Shown piece after piece: positions 9,207 to 21,600 of a DNA stretch of 28,570 nt; position 1 is the first letter of the stretch, and each line of letters opens with the position of its first letter. The translations under genes and the position numbers were made by a program. A model generated the notes under the pieces. It was given only the letters and a program-made list of their open reading frames with translations. It was not told the DNA's origin and did no database searches. Source of the stretch: Candidatus Thorarchaeota archaeon (GTDB lineage Archaea > Asgardarchaeota > Heimdallarchaeia > Hodarchaeales > Hodarchaeaceae); contig JBHLRO010000035.1 in NCBI GenBank assembly GCA_048882505.1, positions 1-28,570 on the forward strand, read 5' to 3'.

Positions 9207-9323
9207 ATGTCTATCCAAAAAGTCGCTCTTTATGCTCGTGAGAACGGTTTTTCGATAGAAATAAATACTGAAAGTGATTATCCCGTTACATTTTCGAATA
9301 GAATATCTAGTTTAGCTTATTAA
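9207..9323 (+). pseudogene. 38-codon mini-ORF resembling a collapsed serine-recombinase N-terminus
   Basis: Manual translation MSIQKVALYARENGFSIEINTESDYPVTFSNRISSLAY*. KVALYAR resembles the resolvase first strand; the catalytic V-S-T is absent. Confidence 0.25.
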
Positions 9324-9609
9324 TTTTGATCCATGTGTTTTGATCGTCAAAAGATCATGTGACTTTATGCTTAACACGAACATCTTATAATTCCATGTTG
9401 TGAATCTGAACAGAGAATACTAAAAAGGGGTGTTTGTATCATATCATTATATTTCCCAAATCCAATAACCTATTGAGAGACAATTTGTTATTACAGTGGG
9501 GATTCACTCTATCAGCGACTCTTATACAGAAAATGAGGAATTTATCGTTATTTATCGTTCCAAATAACGCTGGAATGATAAAACAAATCTACATAAGAGT
9601 GGATTCCTG

Positions 9610-12600
9610 GTGCATCAGCATAATATCGGAAAAAATCTATTTGTTCTCGGTCTTCTTTTGATTAATCTCCTTGTTATTTCATTTCCTCTCGAGGAAGAAG
9701 GGATTTTGGAATCAGATCATCCTTCTACAGAGATCTTAAGGGCCTCGCGATTTCATAATCAGCCCCAAGGACTATTTCAAAATATACCAAGATTAACAAA
9801 AGACGATAGGGCGATCTATGAGAACACCAATGATAATCCACCTGGTATTAAACTCCGAATCTCAGATTATTACACTCCGGGGTGGGCTGATACTCGATTT
9901 AATTTTAGAAAGAATATCACAATAGATTCAACGAAAGTTAGCTCAGACTTAACGAATTTTCCTATTTACATTGACCTTTATGATTCCAATTTACCACAAA
10001 ACGCTCAAGCTAGTGGTAATGATATTCTATTTACTAATAGTTCTGGGCATTTACTTGATCACGAAATCGAGACCTTTGACCGTGTATATAATTCCACTCA
10101 CGCGCATCTTACAGCATGGATAAAAACAAATATTTCTAGTTCTCAGGATACGGTCCTCTCCATGTATTATGGATACCCTGGTGCAATAGATCAATCAAAT
10201 CCTCAAGGGGTGTGGGACGATAACTATGAGTTTGTTCTCCACATGAACCAAGACCCTTCCTCTTCTGATATATTAGATAGTACTTCCAATGGCTTTGATT
10301 TTGATGTTGAAGTGTCTTCGAGCATGACTTCAGATGATCTAGTAGTTGGACAAACGGGCACGGCTCTTGCACTGGATGGAAGTGATGACTTCATCTATCT
10401 TCCTTTAGCAGAAGGTTTTGCTGGCCCTACAGACAAGTTCACATTTGAATTTTGGATAATGTTTCCAAATGGAGGACCAGGGTTGAGAGATACATTGGCC
10501 ATGCCAGCTACATCATTTGGCGCCCCACATTTATATTTTTTTCAACAATCTGAATTTAAGGTAGCGACTTCAGGATCGACGTATATTCAGACATCTCAAG
10601 ACTTTCAAACCATAGTAGGTACTTGGCAGCATATAGTAGCTATCTGGGATGGAACAGGCGGAGGGATTCATCAACTCTATCTCAATGGTTCATTGGATGC
10701 AAATGATCCAACGCCACTAACTGGTACACATGTTGCTTGGAATACGCTCTCAATAGGAACTGAGGATTTACCTGGTGATGGGCCTGGTGGGAGTTATGAT
10801 AATGCCCGTAATCTCAATGCAACAATAAGTGAATTTCGGTTATCAAACGTAGTAAGATCCGTTGATTGGATAACCACAGAATATGAAAACCAAAACTCCC
10901 CAAAGTCATTTTACTCAATAAGTTCGGAGGAGAAGTATTCTGATATCCCCGAATGGCATTTGCCAGGCTTTAAGTACCGAAAAGGTATTACTATTGATGC
11001 CGCAGAAGTAAGCGGAGGCGGAATTCTCACGAATTTTCCGGTATTGATAGATCTATATGATTCTGATCTACATCATCCAGACAAAGTTCAAGCAGATGGT
11101 GATGATATAGTATTTTCAGATGCTTCAGGAAATTTATTAGATCATGAAATTGAATTATTTGACCAGAATTATGATTCAACTAACGCTCATTTGATTGCAT
11201 GGATCGAAATTCCCAGCCTTTCAGGCACTGTTGATACTGAAATATTCATGTATTTTGGCAATAAGGGCATTGGGATTCAGGAGAATCCGACAGGAGTATG
11301 GGATTCAAATTATGTAAGTGTATGGCATTTAAATCAGGATCCTTCGGGAACTTCACCTCAAATAATTGATAGTACCACTCCAGGTTCTCATGGTACTTCT
11401 AACGGATCGATGACCTCTAATGATCTTATTACAGGAAAAATCGGGTATGGTCTCAATCTCGATGGAGCTGATGATTTTATTGATTTTGGCAATCCTTCAG
11501 AGGTTCAAATTACGGGAGCCATTACCGTTGAATCATGGTTCCGTGCGCTGGAAGATCAAAACGAGTATTTAATTTCAAAGAATGGCCCTGGACCTGATAA
11601 ACGTTCATGGGATTTAAGTTTTGATCCTTTTAATGGTACTCACGGCAAACTAGTCTTTCGGTATGATACAGATGGAGTTTTACCTCATTATGGAGAAGTA
11701 GATAATGTTTATTATGAAATAGGTCAATGGCACCATGTTGTGGGTGTATTTAGCCCCTCTACCTATTTAAGGATGTACCTAAATGGCCAATTGGTTTATG
11801 ATAATTCAACAGCTGCTCCTTCCCAGTATGATGCAGGAAATCCGTTACGGATTGGAGCTAGAGGCGACGATCCCCCAGGTAGCTTTTATAATGGCTCAAT
11901 TGATGAAGCTCGTATCTCGAACATAGCTCGTTCATCAGATTGGGTAATTACAGGATATAACAATCAGTTTGATCCGAATGGGTTTTCTTCTATTGGTTCC
12001 ATCGAGATACGTGGTAATTGGACTTTACCCTATCTGAGATTTAAAAAGAGCATTGCAATTCAAAGTTCTGAGGTTTATGGAACAGGAAATCTGTACAATT
12101 TTCCTGTTCTAATAGACCTATACGATTCTGATCTCCATGCAACTGAAAAGGTACAAACGGATGGGGATGATATCGCTTTTACTGATGCCAATGGGGCACG
12201 ATTGGATCATGAGATCGAACTTTTCGATCAAAGTTTCAATTTATCACATGCTCATTTAATGGCATGGGTAAAAATTCCAATTCTTTCTGGTACTACAGAT
12301 ACTCCCATATACATGTGGTATGGAAATTCAGCTGTTAAATCATTGGCAAATCCTACAGGTGTTTGGCAGGATTATGGGGCGGTTTGGCATCTGAATGATG
12401 ACTTCTTGGATTCCACAGCAAACAATAATGATGGGACAAATTATCAATCAACTGATGTTGGTGGAAAGATCGTGGATGGCCAGGACTTTGATGGGATTAA
12501 TGATTATATCAATGTTGGATCAGATTCTAGTATTGATAACATTTTTAATGGAGGGGCAACTATTTCAGCCTGGATTTACCCTGAAGGATGGGGTGGCGGT

Positions 12601-15600
12601 TATTATGGGCGGATTCTGGATAAGGCTGCTCAAACAGCAGGTACTAATGGATGGGTAATGTGTATCGATGGTACAGGAAATCCTTATAACCATTTATTGT
12701 TTTATAGAGACTTTAGTACAAGCCGAGGACTCTGGTACACTCCCACGGACTCAATAAGTCTTAATCAGTGGCAGTACGTGGTAGTAGCTTTCGATGATAG
12801 TTCTGATGCGAATGTTCCAAAGGTTTACATTAATGGGATATTACAACCCTTAACCCCAGAACCTTTACCTAGTGGGTCGGCTACCACGGATGCCGTTCAA
12901 TCGTTATATATTGGCAATTTTATGGGTGGAGGTAGAACTTTTGACGGTACGATAGATGAGCCCCGAATTGCATATAATTATCTTTCAGGTGATTGGATTC
13001 AAACCGAGTTTAATAACCAACTAAATCCTTCAAATTTCTATACAATTGGTATGGAAGAAGAGAGGTTATGGGCTGACACGTCATTCCGTTACAGTAAAGA
13101 TATCAGTATTAATCAGTCTAATGTGTCCTCTGACTTTACGGATTTCCCTGTGCTAATTGATATTATTGATAGTGACCTAAAGAGTGGAAAAATTAAATCA
13201 GATGCGTCTGATATATTGTTTATAGATTCAATAGGGACAAAACTTGATCATGAGATTGAATCATTCACTCAATCTGGAAGCGATGGTCATCTAACAGCTT
13301 GGGTAAGAGTACCCTATTTGTATAATGCAGAAGACACCGTTATCACAATGTATTACGGTAATTCGAAGATTAGCAATCAAGAAAATCCTGATAATGTATG
13401 GGATTCAAATTTCAGAGGGGTATGGCATCTTTCTGAAGATCCGTCAGTATCCCAAATATTCGATAGTACATCGTACAATAATCATGGAACTGCTACTAAT
13501 CTGGCTTCTGATGATCAAGAAAGCGGTCAAATAGATGGCAGCATTGATTTTGATAATGTCCAAGACCAAATTAATTATGGGGATCAATCTTCTTTAAATA
13601 TGGGTTCTGGTGATTTTTCACTTTCTTTATGGTTTAATTATGATGGTGTAGACAAGGGACCGCTAGCAGGAAAAGGATCCTATGGCTCTAATGGAATTAG
13701 GTATTATATTGCCATGGATACAACGCAAGGCCTTATAAAAGGAGAAATCGATGATAACGGGGCTTCAGGAAAGAAAGTAATTACTTCCACTGTGACTTAT
13801 GGGGATAATTTATGGCATCATGCGGTATTAGTAAGAGATGGGAATTACCTAAGATTTTACATTGATGGAGTTGAAATCCCGGGATCACCTATTGACATCA
13901 CTGGGTATGGGAGTCTTGATTTGGCTTTACCTTTTTATATGAATACATTAGCCAGTGATACTGGTGGAACTCTAAGTGATTGGACTAGCGCCAAACTGGA
14001 TGAAGTCCAGGTTTCAAACTCTGTTCGTTCCACAGATTGGATTAATGCTCAGTACACCAACCAACACACCCCAACAAGCTTTTATTCTGTTGGAACAGAA
14101 TTTTATCTAGATAAAACTCCCCCCGTTATAAACGATTACGGAACGGAAGATCCTGGCACAGGATCAGGAAGATTTTGGGCTGATGTTTCTGATGTTACTT
14201 CCAGCGTAAGCAGTGTAAAGATAAAAATTAATACTACTGAATATGATATGAGCTTTAATGGTTCCTATTGGATTTACATTCAATCAGTTAACTATGGAGA
14301 TACTTATGAGTATCAGATCTCTAATGCGTCTGATGTAAGAGACAACTATATAACAAGTCCCTCAAATTTAAAGGTATCTACTTTTACAGCAGATACGATT
14401 GACCCGTATGTTGATGATTGGGAATACTTCCCAGACGAAGGACAATATGGTACGTTTAAAGCAAATGTTTCAGATTCCTGGGGGATCATTGATACGGTCA
14501 TTGTGAATGTTACTGTCGGAACTATTTTACAGGGAGACCCCTGGGCTTTAATGGTTCTCAATGGAACGGGATACATGAATAATACAATCGCAATGAATTC
14601 AGGAACGATCAAATTCGTAATTAAAGTGAATGATACTGCAGGAAACAACTATACTTCAGGAGAGCACCAAGGCTACGTCCCCATTATTAACCATTATCCG
14701 GTTGCAAGTGATATCACGCTTTCTCGTTCTCAAAATGAAGTCTCGTTACCGATATATAGCAATAGTACACTATTTCTGAATTATACTTTCTATGATGCTG
14801 ACGGTGATGATGAAGGGGGAACTGAGATTCGTTGGTATTTGAATGGGGCATTACAGTCAGCTTATAATAATCTCAAAGAGGTTCCTCCAACTGCTTTAAA
14901 CAAGGATGATTTCTGGAATGTGACTGTAAAACCAAAGGATGGCAAAGATTTTGGTGTATTGAATTCTTCTAGCACAATTACAATTCAAAATACACCTCCG
15001 AAAGTTACCAGTGCCAGCATAATACCCGCACTCCCCTACACTACTTCTGATCTCAGTATCAACTATGTATATTACGATAATGATGGTGATACAGAAAATA
15101 CCCTTATCCGCGAGATATACTGGTTTAAAGATAGTGTTTTACAAGTTTTATTGAATGGATCAACAACTATTCTTGCAGGAAATACAACCAAAGGGGAATC
15201 ATGGTATTATAAAATTATAGTAAACGATGGTTTTAATTCCTCTGGGACATATACTTCTTCAAGTGTTATAATAGCCAACAGTGCACCTACAGCAGCGGTG
15301 TTAACTATTTCGCCTTCAAATCCAACGACCAGTAGCGATTTAACCGCAGGATGGACGTTTAATGATGCGGATGGAGACTCCGAGATAGCTTATTTCATAG
15401 AATGGTATCAAGGGGTCACTCATCAACCGATTTATGACGGGTTGACTACCCTCCCTGCGGCAGCCACAACCAAAACTCAGGTTTGGTATTTCAAACTCAT
15501 AGTTAATGATGGAACGGATAATTCGAGTATATATACTTCTCCATCTGTTAATATATTGAATACCGCCCCCACTGCTTCAGGCATCACAATTACTTCTAAT

Positions 15601-18600
15601 CCTCTTACTAGTGATAATTTACAGGCAAGCTGGACATTTAATGACGTGGATGGCGATAGTGAAAGCACCAGTTGGATCATTCGCTGGTACAAGGACAATG
15701 TCTTACAAGCAGGGTATAATGATCTTCAAACAGTCTCCTCAAGTGCCACCTCCAAAGGAGAAGCCTGGAATTATACTGTAAAAGTCTACGATGGCACCAA
15801 CTATTCACTTCAGTACAATTCCTCCATAACCACCATTTTGAACAGTCCACCCACCGCATCAGGGTTAACAATTACTAATAATCCCACTACAAGTGATAAT
15901 TTAAGCGCTAGTTGGACTTTTAACGATGTAGATGGCGATACCGAAGACAGTAATTGGATTATCTACTGGTACAAAGACAACGTATTACAGGGAGGATACA
16001 CTAATCTTACGACGGTTTCCTCCAGTGCTACCTCCAAAGGGGAGGCATGGAATTATACCTTACAAGTGTATGACGGAACAGATTACTCAATACAATATGA
16101 CTCATCTACTACAGTTATTATAAATACTCCTCCAATAGCTTCGGGTTTATTAATTTCCCCTGCATATCCAGCTACTAATGATGATCTTTCAACAAGCTGG
16201 ACATTCAATGATGCGGATGGAGACTCCGAGATGGCTTATTTCATAGAATGGATTCGGGGGATCACTCATCAACCGATTTATGACGGGTTGACTACCCTCC
16301 CTGCGGCAGCCACAACCAAAAATCAAGTTTGGTATTTCAAACTCATAGTTAACGATGGAACGGATAATTCGAGTATATATACCTCTCCATCTGTAGATAT
16401 CGTTAATACCGCCCCCACTGCTTCAGGCATCACAATTACTTCTAATCCTCTTACTAGTGATAATTTACAGGCAAGCTGGACATTTAATGACGTGGATGGC
16501 GATAGTGAAAGCACCAGTTGGATCATTCGCTGGTACAAGGACAATGTCTTACAAGCAGGGTATAATGATCTTCAAACAGTCTCCTCAAGTGCCACCTCCA
16601 AAGGAGAAGCCTGGAATTATACTGTAAAAGTCTACGATGGCACCAACTATTCACTTCAGTACAATTCCTCCATAACCACCATTTTGAACAGTCCACCCAC
16701 CGCATCAGGGTTAACAATTACTAATAATCCCACTACAAGTGATAATTTAAGCGCTAGTTGGACTTTTAACGATGTAGATGGCGATACCGAAGACAGTAAT
16801 TGGATTATCTACTGGTACAAAGACAACGTATTACAGGGAGGATACACTAATCTTACGACGGTTTCCTCCAGTGCTACCTCCAAAGGGGAGGCATGGAATT
16901 ATACCTTACAAGTGTATGATGGGACGGATTACTCAATACAGTACAATTCATTCCTAACTACTATCGCGAATTCAGCTCCCATTATATCAGGCCAGCCATC
17001 ATTCAATAAGACCAGTGGTGTAGTTTCGAGCGATACTTTGAGCATTACCTACACATTCAGCGACGCTGATAGTGATTCAGAAATCACTGGAAATAGAATA
17101 GTTTTTTGGTATAAAAACGGGAATTATGATGCAGCTAAAGATAATGACATTATCTTACTAAGTTCGGAAACTTTAGCCGGTCAATGGTGGTACTATATAA
17201 TCAGAGTTTATGATGGAATGGATTATAGCCAAAATTATACTTCTGAGCCGGTTTCGATCGAAGGCGGGGGACAAACCAATGATCCGCCTATTGCAGGAAA
17301 TTTGACACTGACTCTCAGTCCAACTACCTTGGATAATTTGATTGCGAATTATGATTATTATGATAATGATTCAAATGAGGAAGCAGGAACCCAGATCCGC
17401 TGGTATAAAGATGGAATACTACAACCTCATTTGAATGATACAAAGACAATTCAATCCAGTGAGACAGCAAAAGGAGAGGTGTGGAACTTCACAGTTAGGC
17501 CTAAAGATGGCTTAGAATTTGGAAATATTGTTTTTTCTGGTAGTGTAATAATTTTAAATACTCCTCCAACGGGTTCAGGATTAGCTATTACTTCTATTCC
17601 CAGGACATCGGATGACCTAGTGGCCGGCTGGACTTTCAACGATGTAGATGGCGATACCGAAGACGGTAATTGGATTATCTACTGGTACAAAGACAACGTA
17701 TTACAGGGAGGGTACACTAATCTTACGACCGTTTCCTCCAGTGCTACCTCCAAAGGAGAGGTATGGAATTATACCATTCAAGTGTATGATGGAGAAGATT
17801 ACTCGATTCAGTATAATTCTTCTAGTACGACAGTCCTCAATACCATACCTACCGCGTCGAATTTGGGACTTACTTTTAATCCGTCAACAATTGATGATTT
17901 GGTCGTAAGTTATGCGTACAACGATCTCGATAATGATCCGGAAAGTTCCTCATGGGAGATCCTCTGGTACAAGGATAATAACCTCCAACCAGGACTAAAC
18001 GGCACTAAAACCGTAGATGCAGGGAACACGAGTAAAAATGAATTCTGGCATTTCACTCTAAGAGTCCATGATGGGGAAGAAATTTCAGTTCTTTACACCT
18101 CTCCAAGTCGGAAAATCCTTAATACAGCACCTACACTCACAAGTGTAAGTATCAATTCTAATCCCACTACTACCACTAACTTAGTGGCAAGCTGGACGTT
18201 TTCTGATATCGATAATGATGATGAAAGCACCACACGTATTATCAAGTGGTATATGAACAATGTATCTCAGCCCTCGTGGGATAATCTTACATTAGTTCCA
18301 GCAAGCGCAACAAGTAAAGGTGAATCATGGAACTATACAATTCGAGTATATGACGGAGAAGATTATTCAGTTGAATATGTCTCAAACCTTGTTATAATAC
18401 TTAATACTAAGCCAATATCCTCGAGTCTGACCCTAACAATAAGTATTCCTAAAACTTCAGATAATTTAATGGCTGATTGGATTTATACAGATATCGATGG
18501 AGATACTGAAAATTCTGGTTGGATAATTCGATGGTACAAGAATGATGTCTTGCAACCCGCCTTAAACGATTCAAAGATAGTTACTGCAGGTAATACAACA

Positions 18601-21600
18601 AAAGATGAAGTTTGGTATTATACCCTCCAAGTGTTTGACGGCGAGGATTATTCCGATATAAATACATTAAATCCAACCATAACAATCGCCAATACAAGAC
18701 CAAGCGCCTCTAGTTTAACAATCACCGCTAGTCCAAGAACTACCGACGATTTAGTAGCAGATTATATCTATTCCGATATCGATGGCGACATAGAAACGAT
18801 TGGCTGGATAATCAAATGGTACCGAGACGGGGGACATTATCCCCTTTATGATGATCTAAAGATAGTGCCATCAACTGCCACATCGAAGAATGAAATCTGG
18901 TATTTTACTCTTCAAGTGCATGATGGGACTAATTATTCCAGTGAATACGCCTCTCCGCAAACACAAATCCTAAACAGTGCACCATATGCAAGTGGTGTAT
19001 CTTTCAGTCCATCCATTCCAACTGCCTTAAACAATCTCTCCGTCACCTATAGCTGGAATGATGATGATTTAGCCGATTCTGAAGGAGGAACTCTTATCAG
19101 GTGGTATAGAAATGATATTCTCCAACAAACATATAATGATTTGAGAACGGTGGATAGCGCTCTCCTCATTAAGAATGAGCGCTGGAACGTATCAATAAGA
19201 GTCTCTGACGGTACAGATTTCGGCGCATGGGTAAATATAAGTGTCCTTATTGCTAATTCAGCACCAACAATTGTAACTGATTCGGCGCAGATATATAATC
19301 CATCTACAGGATTATATACAACAAATACACTGGTAGCAAATTGGGTTGAAAATGATGCCGATGGAGATAATATAACATTTGTTAAAATAATTTGGGAAAA
19401 TCGAACAAGCGGGTCAGGTTCCTTTACTCCAATATCTCTCTTAGAAAACTTAACAGCTGTTCCTTCTCAATATACTGCGAAAGACCAGGATTGGCGATTT
19501 AAGATTCAAGTATATGATGGCCAAGATTGGTCATTAGAGGCTGCCTCCTTCCTATCATCTATCGGTAACTCAGAGCCTATTGTGGAGAATATTTCGTTAA
19601 CTGGAGGATTAACAACAACTGATAATATTATACTCAATTATGATTATTATGATGCAGATAATGATCCTGAAGGATCAACTGATATTGACTGGACAGTGTT
19701 CCATCTGGGCAGTCCTTCATTCATTTCAGGAACCTTCATATTAGATCACTCGAGCTTTACTGCGGGTGACGTCGTTTGGTGTGTGATTACACCAAATGAT
19801 GGAACCATTGATGGAACTCCAGTTGATTCATCAAAGCTAGCAGGATCGAATGTGTTGGTACAAGTAGGTAACACCGCTCCATTTATCAATACGTCCTTAG
19901 GAACTCCTGAAATTCTAAGCGATCACCCTAATGGTACATCAATATTCAATGCAATTACTTCAATCTATGTAAATTACTCAGATTTTATAGTTGATATTGA
20001 TTCAGGTGAAAGTGATCCAGTATTTGATGTAGATTTCGAACCAAATTATGATGTACAGTATGTACCTGGAGTAACCAAAAACATAGGTGCTCAATATCGA
20101 TGGTATAAGTTTAATAAAGGTTCTGGGATATGGGAACTACAATCCGGGCTCACAACTGCTTACGTTGATACATTCTATTTACATAGAGGCGAGGAATGGA
20201 AATGTAGTGTTCGTCCTCGCGATCTATATGGTGATGAGGGGACGTGGGTGAATTCAACAACAATTACTATTGGGAACAGTTATCCCATTATTACGGGAGG
20301 AATTCAATGGTTAATCCAAAATCCTCGAACTCAAGATAACTTAATTCTTTGGTCTGGTTTCACGTTTGATTATTATGATTTTGACAACGATCCTATTGAT
20401 ATCTCTCAGACTCTAATCTTGTGGTTCAAGAATGGACAATTACTATATGGAACCCAGAATAATACAGTTCTAACTAGTCAGTATTTTGGAAAAGGAGATC
20501 AAATTTATGTAGTGATTCGTCCTTCTGACGGTATGAACTGGGCTTTACGGAACTACACCAGTTCGACAATTACCATTGCTAATACCATACCTACCATAAC
20601 AGACGTAAGTCTCTATCCAACAAGAATATCGAACCAAGAAATCCTATATCTGGACTGGACTTATTTTGATATTGACAATGATGTTGAAGGTACTTCCTGG
20701 CGAATCTGGTGGTTCAGAAACGGGGTGTACCAGTCCAATTATGATAACTCCACGTCAATACCCCTAAAACAGGTAAATAATGGCGAAATATGGAAAGCCG
20801 AGTTTCAAGTCTTTGATGGAATAGATTACAGCACTATATATTATTCTGCTGAAATAGAAACCAAAATTCTCCAAATAAATTACATCTTTGACCCTGTGAG
20901 TAGCCAAGTTGACCCCAATGTCAGAGAAAGCGAGTTTTTGGTTGATGATGAGAATTTAAGTATATCATACTTGTTTTCAACGCAAGATGATGCTTTGGGC
21001 CTAATTATCAGATGGTTTAGTACATTGGATAATGTAACTTGGATTGAACGAACCGAATTTGAAGGAGATACATCAATCGATCATTATTTCACATCGCCAG
21101 GTGAACAATGGAAGTGTATGATCTCACCTCTTGAGCAAAGTACTGGTTTTGTTTGGGCAACGACTAATTCAAGTACAATAATGATTGAAAGTAGGCCTGA
21201 GTTTTACACTCTGTCTGAGGAAATTATGATCCCATTGAATGACACTGAAGGCCATTATAGACTACAAATAAATACCTCGGATCTACTCCATGACATTGAA
21301 ATTGTCATATTCACATTGGATAATGGTGCAATTGAACTCTATGCCACAGAAATGAGCAATGACATTTGGTCGGTAGATTATCAAATTCCGATTGAAAGAT
21401 TTGAAGATTTAATGAACTCCGAATTCTTAGGATATGTAAGAGCTGTTACTTCCGTTGATTATGCGGGTAACGACTTTAGTATTTATGCTAGTAAACAATT
21501 TAACATTACGATCATTGACAACGCACCTCCACGGGTTCCAAATGTCCAGATGATTCCAAATGATGAAACAAACCCAACTAATATCACATTCATAGCTGAA

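Larger units (their letters stand above)
14689..21180 (+). repeat. About 21-22 tandem ~94-aa Ig/cadherin-like repeats with a D-x-D-x-D motif
   Basis: Consensus N.[AP]P.A..LTI...P.T.DDL.A.W.F.D.DGD.E....I.WYK...LQ...N...TV....T.KGE.W.Y...V.DG.D.S..Y.S....I. I counted 21 clear units and 1 degenerate unit by the D.D.D/W.. motif. Confidence 0.85.

Noticed and set aside
11857-11877. RGD integrin-binding motif in LamG module 2 (IGARGDD)
   Set aside because: IGAR is an ordinary LamG strand motif, and a single tripeptide in 4328 aa is expected by chance.
15352-17775. Diversity-generating retroelement TR/VR pair or CRISPR array
   Set aside because: The repeats are in-frame coding units, the differences are mostly synonymous and not adenine-specific, and there is no reverse transcriptase, cas gene or repeat-spacer periodicity.
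9434-17908. Small ORFs within or overlapping the giant gene (9434-9661, 10136-10372, 12395-12658, 13325-13534, 14346-14648, 15477-16717 set, 17451-17908)
   Set aside because: Shadow frames. Their duplication simply mirrors the 846-bp repeat.
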